From: a virus | IMG/VR virus record: IMGVR_UViG_3300042564_002458 | Location: 1-64,000 of that record | Reading direction: 5' to 3' (one strand) | DNA: 64,000 bases | Shown: positions 9,467 through 19,712 of the stretch, in pieces | Position numbering within the stretch: the first letter of the stretch is position 1 | Layout of the letters: each line of letters starts with the position of its first letter | Notes under the pieces: model-generated | Database searches by the model: none | Seen by the model: only the letters and a program-made list of their open reading frames with translations | Told to the model about the DNA's origin: nothing | Made by a program: the position numbers and the translations under genes

Positions 9467-10428
9467 AAATATTAATAACTGGTGGGTGTGGATTTATTGG
9501 ACATAATGTTGCTGCACAATTATCATCAAAAGGACATAATGTACGAATTGTTGATAACGAAACTGATTATGGAGTAATTTCATATGATGAAATTCAATAC
9601 ATTATGTCAGAGCGTAAAAAGAAAATCCCATCTTCTGTCATTACACATCTAATTGATATAGAAAGCGAAGTATTAAGATATGTATTTGATATGTTTCAAC
9701 CAGATACTATTGTACACTTAGCCAGTTTTCCTCGACAAAAAATAGTTAATAAAAATCCACAACAGGGTAGTAGAGTTATGTGTGAAGGACTACTTAACAT
9801 TCTAGAACTATCAGTCAATCATCAAGTGTCAAAATTTGTTTATATCAGTAGTAGTATGATATACGGCAACTTTAATGACGATGTTAAAGAAGATGCCATT
9901 TGTGATCCCATGGGCCAATATGCCATAATGAAATACATGGGAGAAAAACTTGTTCAAGATTATAGTAGACGAAATCTACTAAATCATACTATTATTAGAC
10001 CAAGTGCTGTATATGGTGAATTAGATGTTGAAGATCGTGTAATTAGTAAGTTCATGTTAGCGGCTTTGAGAGATGAAACTCTTGAAGTTCGTGGAGAAAA
10101 TGAACGATTGGATTTTACTTATGTTCAAGATGTAGTAGATGGAATTGTAGCCGCTACATTAAGTAACAATACTGAAAATAAAACATATAATATAACTAGA
10201 AGTAAATCAATATCTTTATTAGAGGCAGCAGAATTGATAGTTAAAATTGCTGGTAAAGGTACAGTAAATCTAATAGAACGAGATCATTCATTTCCAAGTC
10301 GTGGTTCATTAAATATTGATGCGGCTAAGAAAGATTTTGGATTTAATCCAGTGATTGATATTGATAATGGGTTTTCTTTGTATCATCACTGGATTACTAA
10401 TAGTTCATATTGGAAAAATAATATATAA
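9463..10428 (+). CDS. NAD-dependent nucleotide-sugar epimerase/dehydratase
   Basis: ITGGCGFIG Rossmann motif, SSS, YAIMK (YxxxK), DFTYV. Confidence 0.92.
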   Translation: MKILITGGCGFIGHNVAAQLSSKGHNVRIVDNETDYGVISYDEIQYIMSERKKKIPSSVITHLIDIESEVLRYVFDMFQPDTIVHLASFPRQKIVNKNPQQGSRVMCEGLLNILELSVNHQVSKFVYISSSMIYGNFNDDVKEDAICDPMGQYAIMKYMGEKLVQDYSRRNLLNHTIIRPSAVYGELDVEDRVISKFMLAALRDETLEVRGENERLDFTYVQDVVDGIVAATLSNNTENKTYNITRSKSISLLEAAELIVKIAGKGTVNLIERDHSFPSRGSLNIDAAKKDFGFNPVIDIDNGFSLYHHWITNSSYWKNNI

Positions 10429-11229
10429 TTATCTACATTTATCTCTTTTAGATTGAGTTAACTTACCAAAATCAACCTTCCATTCCCCACCAGCGGGTAA
10501 TTCATTTGCATTTGATGGAAAAAAGTAAACAACTCCAGATAATTTCATAATTTCTGAAACTGGGACACGAAATTTAGTTAAATCATTACCCAAGTTAGGA
10601 TAAGGCGCTGTATGCGGGAATAACCATCCTGCTACGGATCCTGTGTTATTGTCAATTACTATTTTATAGTAGGCGTGTGGAACAATTACATTATTGCCAA
10701 TTTTTTTATTGGTTGCATTATAAATTCCCCCAACATAGATAACAAATGGTCTATTATATTGAACGACCCATCCTCGAATACTAGTTTCCAACAATTTCCA
10801 AATACCACGATTTAATGATCCTGCTTGTGGTATCATATTAGTCATTAAGAAACTTTCATATTCTACTTGTTGATCCCAACTTTGATCTCCATTTGGCACA
10901 GCATGACCCTTATCATACCCAGTACTCACATAATCGTTTGGTGTAGCACCATTAGCAACACTTTTATCAGCGACAAAAGCATCGCTTCTGACCACACAAC
11001 CAAGAGCATTTTGTGGATGTAAAGTATATGTAACATATTTTGGTAATTTTGATGTGGCATCATATCCAACAAAGTATCCTTGACGACAAATGGATTGAAC
11101 CCCAGAAGTTTGTGGGAATCCATATGGTGTATGTGCAATACAGTTTTGAACTGGTTCTGGGACACGTTGATTCCATGCAAATACGTTAGTTGACATCAAC
11201 ATTGTTAATATGATTAAATATTTTTTCAT
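10429..11229 (-). CDS. Secreted DNA/RNA non-specific endonuclease (NucA/EndoG family)
   Basis: Signal peptide, YDKGH, TNMIPQ...LNRGIWKLLE. Confidence 0.9.
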   Translation of the reverse strand: MKKYLIILTMLMSTNVFAWNQRVPEPVQNCIAHTPYGFPQTSGVQSICRQGYFVGYDATSKLPKYVTYTLHPQNALGCVVRSDAFVADKSVANGATPNDYVSTGYDKGHAVPNGDQSWDQQVEYESFLMTNMIPQAGSLNRGIWKLLETSIRGWVVQYNRPFVIYVGGIYNATNKKIGNNVIVPHAYYKIVIDNNTGSVAGWLFPHTAPYPNLGNDLTKFRVPVSEIMKLSGVVYFFPSNANELPAGGEWKVDFGKLTQSKRDKCR

Positions 11230-11286
11230 AGATTTCTTCTTATTATTATGTCTTATTTATGGATAGTATTAAGATAAATACTCTTT

Positions 11287-11721
11287 ATGAGATTAAATGA
11301 AATTGAACAATCAAAGAGTAAGATAGACGATCTTAAGAAATTTATTTCTTGGGCATGTGATCGTTTAGACATTGAAAATATGCCTACTGTCAAGTTTGGT
11401 ACTGATTTATCTGATGTAAAACAAAAAAGAACATTTGGAAGTACTAATAGTGATGGTCAAATATGGGTACATATTGTCAATAGAAACACGGCTGATACAA
11501 TGCGAACATTATGTCATGAATTGATTCATCATAAACAATTTGAAATTGGTACGGCTTATGATGGAATGAATAAAGAACAAACACAATCAATTGAAGACGA
11601 GGCTAATGCTATCGCTGGACGAATGATGAGAGATTATGGTGCTGAACATGAAGAAATTTACGAATCTGTATCAATTTCTAAACATATACGTGATGCCATT
11701 AATGAAATAACAATAAAATAA
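11287..11721 (+). CDS. Zincin-like metallopeptidase with CTS-like leader
   Basis: TLCHELIHHKQ, EDEANA; N-terminus MRLNEIE. Confidence 0.75.
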   Translation: MRLNEIEQSKSKIDDLKKFISWACDRLDIENMPTVKFGTDLSDVKQKRTFGSTNSDGQIWVHIVNRNTADTMRTLCHELIHHKQFEIGTAYDGMNKEQTQSIEDEANAIAGRMMRDYGAEHEEIYESVSISKHIRDAINEITIK

Positions 11722-11733
11722 CTGAGGTAAATC

Positions 11734-13479
11734 ATGACAATTCGTAGAGATGACAACAAATATACAAAATTATCTAAAGCTGAATATGATGGTCAGGCTA
11801 GAAATGGTGAGATTGTTATTGATTTAGATAATCATAGTGTATGGGTTGGTGATGAGAATGGATATTTATTACCTGTAGGTGGAGTAGGTAGTATTGGTGC
11901 TACTGGGCCAAAAGGATTTACTGGAAGTACTGGTGCTACTGGATTTACTGGAAGTACTGGTGCTACTGGAAGTGGTGCTACTGGAGTTACTGGTTCAACT
12001 GGGTTCATTGGATCAACTGGTGCTACTGGATTTACTGGATCAACTGGTGCTACTGGATTTACTGGATCAACAGGCGCAACTGGGTTTGATGGGGCCACTG
12101 GTGCTGGTGCTACTGGCGCTAGTGGTGCAACTGGTCTTCCTGGTGATCGTTTTTCAACTACTAGTAGTAATACACTTACAATATCAACTGGACTTCAGTC
12201 ATTTACTGCCGGAACTGGATTAGGTTATACACCCGCTCAAGATGTAATTATTGCATATGATTTGAGTAATCATATGATAGGTATGGTAGTATCGTATGAT
12301 TATGTAACAGGCGCCATGATAGTAGATGTTAATAACATTGTTGGCGAAGGGTCTTATTCATTATGGACTATTAATCTTAATGGTGCTGTTGGTATTGCTG
12401 GCGCTACTGGGTTTACTGGTGCTACTGGAAGTACTGGTGCTACTGGTTTCACAGGTTCAACTGGTTTCACAGGTTCAACTGGGTTTACCGGCGCTACTGG
12501 TGCTACTGGAAGTACAGGTGCTACTGGAAGTACAGGTGCCACTGGATTTACTGGTTCCACTGGATTTACTGGTTCCACTGGATTTACTGGTTCCACTGGA
12601 TTTACTGGCGCTACTGGAAGTACGGGTGCTACTGGATTTATAGGAAGTACGGGTGCTACTGGATTTACTGGTGCTACTGGATCAACTGGTGCTACTGGAT
12701 TTATAGGAAGTACGGGTGCTACTGGATTTATAGGAAGTACGGGTGCAGGCGCAACTGGTTCCACTGGTCTTACAGGGGCTACTGGTCCAGTCGTATTGGG
12801 TCTATATTATGGATCGTTCTTCTCCGATTCTGATACTACGTTAGTAGATGCCATGAATACTAATAGCACTGCTCCTATAGTGGTGGTGAGTACAGCGGGA
12901 TTCAGATCGGCAGGATATCTTAACATAGAATCAGAACTTATAAGATATACTGGAATTGTAGGTAATACATTTACCGGAATTACTCGTGGAGTATCAAGCA
13001 GTACTAAAGCAGCACATGATCCTGGTGCATCAATTGGATTTGCTCAAGATGGAGCCGCTGGAGTAGCAGAGATAGCGTTGATAGACATAACCCAATTAAG
13101 TAATGGAGTTACTTTAAATGATGCTACTGGACAAGTAACTATAGTAAATGCCGGTACTTATAATATCACTTTCAGTATACAAGCGGCTAACTTTGGAAAT
13201 GCATATGATGACGTAGCAGTTTGGATTGCTGTTGATGGAGTTAACGTACCTCAAACTGCTAGCTATGCCACTATTTTTCTACCACATGCTGGTAAACCTG
13301 GAACCGTTATCATAACCGTGACATTGTATTATGCATTCACTGCTGGTCAAGTATTAACTGTCAAGTGGTACACACGCCTTGGTACCAGTGCGTTAATCTC
13401 AATACCAAAAATTAGCACTACAGTACCAACATCACCAAGTATTATCTTGGCTGTCAGTCAAATAGCATTGGTTCCATAA
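11734..13479 (+). CDS. Collagen-like (G-x-T) fibre protein
   Basis: Two long GATGSTGFT triplet tracts flanking a beta-rich domain; BclA/C1q-like C-terminus. Confidence 0.85.
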   Translation: MTIRRDDNKYTKLSKAEYDGQARNGEIVIDLDNHSVWVGDENGYLLPVGGVGSIGATGPKGFTGSTGATGFTGSTGATGSGATGVTGSTGFIGSTGATGFTGSTGATGFTGSTGATGFDGATGAGATGASGATGLPGDRFSTTSSNTLTISTGLQSFTAGTGLGYTPAQDVIIAYDLSNHMIGMVVSYDYVTGAMIVDVNNIVGEGSYSLWTINLNGAVGIAGATGFTGATGSTGATGFTGSTGFTGSTGFTGATGATGSTGATGSTGATGFTGSTGFTGSTGFTGSTGFTGATGSTGATGFIGSTGATGFTGATGSTGATGFIGSTGATGFIGSTGAGATGSTGLTGATGPVVLGLYYGSFFSDSDTTLVDAMNTNSTAPIVVVSTAGFRSAGYLNIESELIRYTGIVGNTFTGITRGVSSSTKAAHDPGASIGFAQDGAAGVAEIALIDITQLSNGVTLNDATGQVTIVNAGTYNITFSIQAANFGNAYDDVAVWIAVDGVNVPQTASYATIFLPHAGKPGTVIITVTLYYAFTAGQVLTVKWYTRLGTSALISIPKISTTVPTSPSIILAVSQIALVP

Positions 13480-13549
13480 TTTTTGTCTAGTAATTTAATC
13501 AAGTTTTTATTTTGAGATAGATAAATACAGTATTACTTGGATTATTACA

Positions 13550-15868
13550 ATGTCAAACATGAAGAAATTACTGGATATTATGAATGAAACCACTGTTAGT
13601 GGTTCAATTGCTGCAGGCCCAGCAGTTGGTCTTGGTACTCAACGTAGAGTTCAAGAAGAAGATTCAGATGATGGTACAAAAGCGCCAGATGCTCCCAAAG
13701 CTAAAGAGTTTGGACTGTGGAAAAACAGTGTATTGGCTGGCGCTGAACAACGTGACAAGAAGAAATCTAAGAAAGTGGCAGAATCCAAAAGTGAAGAACG
13801 TAATGAAATGGATACTCCAGCCGTACAGAGCGGATTAAAGAAAATGGCTGCTCGTCATAATAATGAAAACTGGACTAAAGAACAATTGGCAGATTTAGGT
13901 AGACGATTGGCTTCAGTTAAAACTACACGTAAAAATGGATATACTGAATTCAACGGTATTGATAAGGCTATTATACGTAGTAAAAAGGTCAATGAACTTG
14001 ATTGTGGTTCTGGTCAACGTCAATTAAAATTAGCAGAAGAAAACATTTCAGAAGAACAATTGTTAGCCAAAGAATTGGCTCGTAGACTTGATTTGTTTAT
14101 GAAAGGTTTAGATCGTGACCTAGGTAAGAAATCATCAGATCGTGGAATTCAATCAAAAACTGAACCAAGTACTGGTGCTATGAGAGAAGATAATAAAAGT
14201 ATTGGCCCAGATAAAAATGATCCTTTTGAAAAAGGTTGGCGTGCTAGATACGATGATGCTAATCCATATTCTAAAGGTACTAAAGAATATAATGAGTGGC
14301 AACACGGTAAAGATGAACGTGAAGCACAACCAAATCATTATGATGAAAGTGTTGAAGAAAGTACAGAACAACAATTAAGTGTACAACAACTAGCTACTAT
14401 CAATGAGGGACTAGAAGATCCTAAAGATAATCCCTGCTGGAAAGGCTACAAGCCTGTGGGTACAAAGAAGAAGGCAGGCAAGACTGTACCTAATTGTGTT
14501 CCAAAAGAAGGTATGAAGGAACGTCTAAAAGAATTCGCCCCTAGTGATGGAGACGGTGGCGATGACGGCGAATTTGATGAAGACATATTGCGTAAGTTGG
14601 CCTCACAATGGTTTAACGGTGACGAAGATCCCCGAGTAGAACAGTTATTGGCAGCAGCCGGTTGGGAAATTGGACAGGACGAAGGTTATGACGATGAGCC
14701 TGGAGTATTTGTTGTTATGTCTGGAGACGACGATGGTCGATCTTACATCAGTTGGAGCGCAGATGATTTGCGATCCGAGATGTCTGAGGAATCAGTGATT
14801 GGAATTGGATCCAAACTTCCAAAGAGCGATATTGAAACTTTTGGAATACAAAAAGGACGACCATACAAAATCAATCCTCCTCAAGATTGGAAACCAGGCG
14901 ACAGAAAACGTGCTGTTCAACAACTTATTCCCACTCAAGACAAGAAAGATCACATTCGTAGTCGATTGGGTAAACATGTAGATCCTGTATTGCCCGAGCA
15001 AGATGCGGCCCACAGCTATAAAGACACCGGGGGTACTTTTGTGGATCGTGTAGTTGGAGAGATACTGAACTATCAGTCGCTGAACAATGCAAATCCCAAA
15101 TTTGCTGATCTTAGTTCTGCAGTAAAATCAAAACTAACATCTCTTGGAAAAGACAAGGAAAGTCAAATGTATCAGCAAGCACTCAAGCAATCTGCTGAAT
15201 TATCAGGAAAAGAAGATGTCACAGAAGGCGAGTATCAAGGTCAATACTCTTCGAAAAAGACAGCAATTGAATACGCTAAAGAAAAAGTAAAATCATTTCG
15301 TGATTGGCTCGACGGCATTGAAATATGGTCTTTACCCAGTGGTAGATTTGATGTAGTTCATACTAGCAATTCAAACGGTCGCGAACATGTTATAAAGAAT
15401 GGTGGTAAAAAATTAGGTACAATTTATCCAGAAAAACCATCATTTATAAAAAAGAAAGATGTGACAGAAAACAATTGGTCTCACGACCCTTGGAAAGACA
15501 AATATTTTGGGCCAACCGCTGGTGCAATGAAGAAAATATTTAAAATAAAAATTCAAGATGAAGATTCTAATGTTAAAGCTTTTAATGTTAAAGCAGAAAC
15601 AGAACAACAAGCCAAAGATATAATTGAAAAACATGTACCAGGTTCAAATATTCTATCTGTTAAGTTTGTTAAAAATCTAATGGCAGTTGAACAGATTAAA
15701 GAAACCTCTAACTATGGTGATCTAGATGAAGTTGCTCCACCTGGCAAAGAAGATTGGATTAAATCAAACAAAGACAGATTCAAAAAAGAATATGGCGATA
15801 AAAAAGGAACAAATATTTTATACGCAACTGCCTGGGCAGACTACAATAAAAAACATGGGAAGAAATAA
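13550..15868 (+). CDS. Modular late protein (putative polyprotein A)
   Basis: Unrelated short modules separated by VAE/VNE/INE/LKE/VTE/LDE; shares modules with 52344-54233. Confidence 0.75.
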   Translation: MSNMKKLLDIMNETTVSGSIAAGPAVGLGTQRRVQEEDSDDGTKAPDAPKAKEFGLWKNSVLAGAEQRDKKKSKKVAESKSEERNEMDTPAVQSGLKKMAARHNNENWTKEQLADLGRRLASVKTTRKNGYTEFNGIDKAIIRSKKVNELDCGSGQRQLKLAEENISEEQLLAKELARRLDLFMKGLDRDLGKKSSDRGIQSKTEPSTGAMREDNKSIGPDKNDPFEKGWRARYDDANPYSKGTKEYNEWQHGKDEREAQPNHYDESVEESTEQQLSVQQLATINEGLEDPKDNPCWKGYKPVGTKKKAGKTVPNCVPKEGMKERLKEFAPSDGDGGDDGEFDEDILRKLASQWFNGDEDPRVEQLLAAAGWEIGQDEGYDDEPGVFVVMSGDDDGRSYISWSADDLRSEMSEESVIGIGSKLPKSDIETFGIQKGRPYKINPPQDWKPGDRKRAVQQLIPTQDKKDHIRSRLGKHVDPVLPEQDAAHSYKDTGGTFVDRVVGEILNYQSLNNANPKFADLSSAVKSKLTSLGKDKESQMYQQALKQSAELSGKEDVTEGEYQGQYSSKKTAIEYAKEKVKSFRDWLDGIEIWSLPSGRFDVVHTSNSNGREHVIKNGGKKLGTIYPEKPSFIKKKDVTENNWSHDPWKDKYFGPTAGAMKKIFKIKIQDEDSNVKAFNVKAETEQQAKDIIEKHVPGSNILSVKFVKNLMAVEQIKETSNYGDLDEVAPPGKEDWIKSNKDRFKKEYGDKKGTNILYATAWADYNKKHGKK

Positions 15869-16308
15869 TGTTATCTGACGATTTAAAAGTATTACTTGGA
15901 AGTACATTTGTATTATATACAAAAATACATACCTTTCATTTTAATGTTGAAGGGCCAAGTTTCCCACAATATCATAAATTCTTAAAATCTTTCTATGAAG
16001 ATACATATGAAACTATTGATACTATTGGAGAATATATCAGATCATTAGATTCTTATACTCCAGTTAATTTGGCTAGAATGTTAGAGTTAAGCATCATTGA
16101 AGAACAGACTAAAATTCCTCGTGCCGAACTCATGTTTGCTGAACTGCTAACCAATACTGAGCAAATGATTGAGTTAGTTAAGCAGATATTTGATGTTGCC
16201 ACTGAGATGAAAGAACAGGGCATTTCCAATTTCATGGCCGATTTACAAGATTTGTATTCTAAAAAACGTTGGATGATTAGTAGTATATTGAAAAAAGAAA
16301 GAGCATAA
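15868..16308 (+). CDS. dps: Dps/ferritin-like DNA-protecting protein
   Basis: HTFHFNVEGPSFPQYH, DTIGEYIR ferroxidase-site pattern. Confidence 0.88.
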   Translation: MLSDDLKVLLGSTFVLYTKIHTFHFNVEGPSFPQYHKFLKSFYEDTYETIDTIGEYIRSLDSYTPVNLARMLELSIIEEQTKIPRAELMFAELLTNTEQMIELVKQIFDVATEMKEQGISNFMADLQDLYSKKRWMISSILKKERA

Positions 16309-16309
16309 T

Positions 16310-17482
16310 ATGAGATTTTATGAATTTTTAAAAGAAGCGAAACGAACGGGTGGCATTCAAATCATGTCATTAGATCAATTTGCTAATCAAGAAGAACAAA
16401 GTGAACTTGATGAGGCAGATTTATTAGGCGCTCCTACAACTGACTTTTCAGATCCAGAAATGCAAAAGTATCTACGAACAACTGTAGATAAAACAAAAAC
16501 TGCTAGTCAACGTTACAAAATGCCCTACGTACATCGTAGTTCGGCATTGAAATTTTATGATGAATCAGGAAAACAATTTGATCTAGACAAAATGAAAGGC
16601 ATCATCAGTGAGCGTCCAAAACGTTTACTCAAACAGAATGAAAAGATGGAACACAGCAATGGTGAAAAAGAACAATTCTTCAACATTGGTTTTGCTGCTC
16701 TAACTGGATTGGCATTAGATGAAAAGACAAATCAATTTAAGATTGTCAATACTTGCCCAGGTGCTGGTAGTTGTAAAGTAGATTGTTTCGCTCGTGGTGG
16801 TGGTAAGGTTCAGTTTGAAGGTCCATGGATCAGTGATGCTAGAATCTTAACATATTTGTTGAATGATCCAGAAGGATTCAAAAAACAATTGATCAGCGAG
16901 ATTGACAAAGAAAATAAAAAATATGCTAAACAGGGCGCCAAAGTTACTATTCGTTGGCATGATGCTGGTGATTTCTTTAGTCCAGAATATGTAGATTTGG
17001 CTGCTGATGTTGCCAAAACATTCCCAGATACTCAATTCTATGCCTATACTAAAATCGCTAAGGTTGCTCAAGGTGGATTACCAAGTAACTTTCATATTAA
17101 CTGGAGTGAAGGCGCTCATACAAGTCAAGAGAAACAAATCAAATTTGCAGATCCTAAACTTCAAACGACCAAACATAGTAGAATTGTTCCATCTAAGTTG
17201 ACTGATGGCACACCAATCTTCAATGATCTATTGAAGAAAGATGACGAAGGTAAGTTAGAGAAGACTGATGCTGGTGGTTGGATTGTCACTGATATGAACA
17301 AGTTGAAAGATCGTATTGCAAATTTATACAAGATTGATAAAGATACTATTTTGGATTATGATGAGATGATGGCTAAACCAGAAGGTAAAGATAAAAAGTG
17401 GAATGTAATCATTGTTCCTGGACAGGGCGACATCAGTGCCAAGCGTAGTGATGTATTGGGAACATTGTTATTGAAACATTAA
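16310..17482 (+). CDS. Gp88-like Cys-cluster protein with CTS-like leader
   Basis: TCPGAGSCKVDCFA, IRWHDAGDF, FYAYTK; N-terminus MRFYEFLKE. Confidence 0.7.
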   Translation: MRFYEFLKEAKRTGGIQIMSLDQFANQEEQSELDEADLLGAPTTDFSDPEMQKYLRTTVDKTKTASQRYKMPYVHRSSALKFYDESGKQFDLDKMKGIISERPKRLLKQNEKMEHSNGEKEQFFNIGFAALTGLALDEKTNQFKIVNTCPGAGSCKVDCFARGGGKVQFEGPWISDARILTYLLNDPEGFKKQLISEIDKENKKYAKQGAKVTIRWHDAGDFFSPEYVDLAADVAKTFPDTQFYAYTKIAKVAQGGLPSNFHINWSEGAHTSQEKQIKFADPKLQTTKHSRIVPSKLTDGTPIFNDLLKKDDEGKLEKTDAGGWIVTDMNKLKDRIANLYKIDKDTILDYDEMMAKPEGKDKKWNVIIVPGQGDISAKRSDVLGTLLLKH

Positions 17483-17573
17483 AGAACACCTACCATAGGA
17501 CCGGTGTGGGCGGGTGCTGCCCTAGTTAGTGATTCGCTACCACAATACTATAAAGTGACCATTGGAAACTATT

Positions 17574-17750
17574 ATGAAAATCAACGAACTATTATCCGAA
17601 ATGAAATCAGAATCTAACGAAGAAAAAGTTATTGATAATGAGTCAAAATATCTTACTGGTAAAGATAAAGTAGCCAAGATTAGTCCAGTATTGGGCGCCA
17701 AACCAAAAAAACAAAAAGCATTGATGAATAAGTTTTTCGGATCGGATTAA
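17574..17750 (+). CDS. Small basic protein with CTS-like leader
   Basis: MKINELLSE; start moved to ATG 17574. Confidence 0.6.
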   Translation: MKINELLSEMKSESNEEKVIDNESKYLTGKDKVAKISPVLGAKPKKQKALMNKFFGSD

Positions 17751-17752
17751 AT

Positions 17753-18229
17753 ATGGATGATCTTTTAAAAAAATTCAAAATTCAAAAGTTTGAAATGAAT
17801 TTAAATCAAGATTTGGCTGATAATATTTTAGAGTTGAAAAAAACTTTAAAAGGTGTTACATTGAGTAATAAAGGTGGTTGGCAGGGTGTAATAGATAATA
17901 ATACAAATGTTTCATGGGTAGCACAAACAATAACTCAGATTGAAAAATCCACTAATCTTAAAACTTCAAGATTTTGGTTTAACGTAAATGGTCCAAAACA
18001 TTATAATGATTGGCATATTCATCATAGAAATAGATTGGTTTGTGTGGCATATGTGAAAGTTCCAGAAAATTCTGGAGATATTGAATTTAAATCTAACAAC
18101 AACACAATCTTTTCAATAACTCCATATAACGGTCTTGTTTTGATATTTCCAGGAACATTAAATCATCGTGTATTGCCAAATGAATCAATGGACTACAGAA
18201 TAAGTCTATCAACAAATTTATTATCATGA
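17753..18229 (+). CDS. 2OG-Fe(II) oxygenase (phage TIGR02466-like)
   Basis: SNKGGWQ, WFNVN, WHIH, LIFPGTLNHRVLPN, RISLS. Confidence 0.85.
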   Translation: MDDLLKKFKIQKFEMNLNQDLADNILELKKTLKGVTLSNKGGWQGVIDNNTNVSWVAQTITQIEKSTNLKTSRFWFNVNGPKHYNDWHIHHRNRLVCVAYVKVPENSGDIEFKSNNNTIFSITPYNGLVLIFPGTLNHRVLPNESMDYRISLSTNLLS

Positions 18230-18255
18230 AAATTTAAATTAAGAGATAAATTAAA

Positions 18256-18642
18256 ATGAGAGCATATGAATTTCTAATTGAAAATGATATATCACTAAGT
18301 CAATTGTATTCTGACAACTATCCAGATCATGATGAAATTTTTTGGAATTATGTTTCAAATTCAGATTTAAATATCAAATTTGAAGTGGAAAAACTCTCAC
18401 CAATGAAACTAGATATTTTATTGTTGAGCCAATATCGTGTTGAACATATTGATGAAATTGTTGATATGTTAAAAGATGAACAAATTGAAATCATTAATGA
18501 CTATAGATCATCACCAAACTTATCTGATTCAATTATAGTAGTAGCAAACAATAGAATCATAGATGGTAATCATAGAGCATTAGCGGCAGCATTAAATAAT
18601 GTATCAATTAAATATATAGATTTGGATCAAGAGATAAATTAA
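18256..18642 (+). CDS. ParB/Srx-like domain protein with CTS-like leader
   Basis: IIVV...IIDGNHRALAA; N-terminus MRAYEFLIE. Confidence 0.75.
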   Translation: MRAYEFLIENDISLSQLYSDNYPDHDEIFWNYVSNSDLNIKFEVEKLSPMKLDILLLSQYRVEHIDEIVDMLKDEQIEIINDYRSSPNLSDSIIVVANNRIIDGNHRALAAALNNVSIKYIDLDQEIN

Positions 18643-18643
18643 A

Positions 18644-19357
18644 ATGAGAGCCAGTGAATTTCTTATAGAATCCGCTCAGAGTCTCAATAGACTAGACGAT
18701 CCGCAATATTATAAATCGTGTGTTGACAGTTGGACCAAATATTACGGTCACGAAGATCGCGCTCGTTCAGAACTTGATGATTATAAAAATGTTGTTGATG
18801 GTTTGATTCATCGTGGTGGTAAAGTATATCGAATAATATTTGCTGATAGTCCAGAAGAAATTAGAATGAACGATCTTGGCAGTCACTGGACAACTGAATC
18901 ACATAACATTGACGATTATCTAGATAGTCTTTGGTCTAATTATGGCAAAGGTAAAAAGAACTCATATGTTGTAGTAGCCACAGTTGGTCCAAATAATATC
19001 AGCAATGATGTGGTTGATATCTCTGGAAATCCAGAAGAAAAAGAAGTCAACATCAATGATACTAGTCGAGCAACTTATCAAGCATTTGAATACAAGGGCA
19101 AGCAAATAGGTCAAAGAGTTCGCGAGAATATGGATCATAGTAAAGATGATCAAGCCGTATCGCAATTGAAGGCGGCATTATTGGCTCAGAAAAATAAAAT
19201 CAAATCAGTTAAAAACGATAAAGATGATGTATATGATATCATTGATGATATGATGACTAGTATATCCAAATCACATGGTATCAGTGGACAAAAACTACAT
19301 GACATGTGGACATCCAAATATAAAGAAATTCCAGATACTTGGATCATGCATCAGTAA
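18644..19357 (+). CDS. Possible ADP-ribosyltransferase-fold protein with CTS-like leader and appended C-terminal module
   Basis: KVYR...GSHWT...EEKEV resembles the R-S-E layout; N-terminus MRASEFLIE; second module after VRE. Confidence 0.55.
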   Translation: MRASEFLIESAQSLNRLDDPQYYKSCVDSWTKYYGHEDRARSELDDYKNVVDGLIHRGGKVYRIIFADSPEEIRMNDLGSHWTTESHNIDDYLDSLWSNYGKGKKNSYVVVATVGPNNISNDVVDISGNPEEKEVNINDTSRATYQAFEYKGKQIGQRVRENMDHSKDDQAVSQLKAALLAQKNKIKSVKNDKDDVYDIIDDMMTSISKSHGISGQKLHDMWTSKYKEIPDTWIMHQ

Positions 19358-19424
19358 ATCTTCCAAAATGTATTGACATATAGCGCAACTCCTGTATAAT
19401 AAGTAGACTACTAAAGGAGTTACA

Positions 19425-19712
19425 ATGTCAGACACACAAGACAATCAAGAGCACGATACAACCATTTTCTCAAATGATCAAAAACTTAAACTCACTCAGT
19501 TGATCAACGAAGGGATGCAGATAATGAATGAAGTTGAAACACTCAACAGTGGTTTATCAGATACTATCAAGGCAGTAGCTGAAGAAATGAATATCAAATC
19601 AACTGTGCTTAAAAAGGCAATCAGAACCGCACATAAAATGGAATTTGGTAAAACACAAAAGGAACAAGAATTACTAGAAAATATATTGGTAACAGTAGGT
19701 AAAACGCTTTAA
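19425..19712 (+). CDS. Small dsDNA-binding protein (T4 DsbA/GapR-like)
   Basis: Helical pattern DTIKAVAEE...LKKAIR; directly upstream of the polymerase; sigma70 promoter at 19373-19400. Confidence 0.55.
   Translation: MSDTQDNQEHDTTIFSNDQKLKLTQLINEGMQIMNEVETLNSGLSDTIKAVAEEMNIKSTVLKKAIRTAHKMEFGKTQKEQELLENILVTVGKTL

Noticed and set aside
11832-12764. PVAPV-rich antisense and Leu/Val-rich shifted ORFs
   Set aside because: Shadows of the collagen-like G-x-T codon repeats
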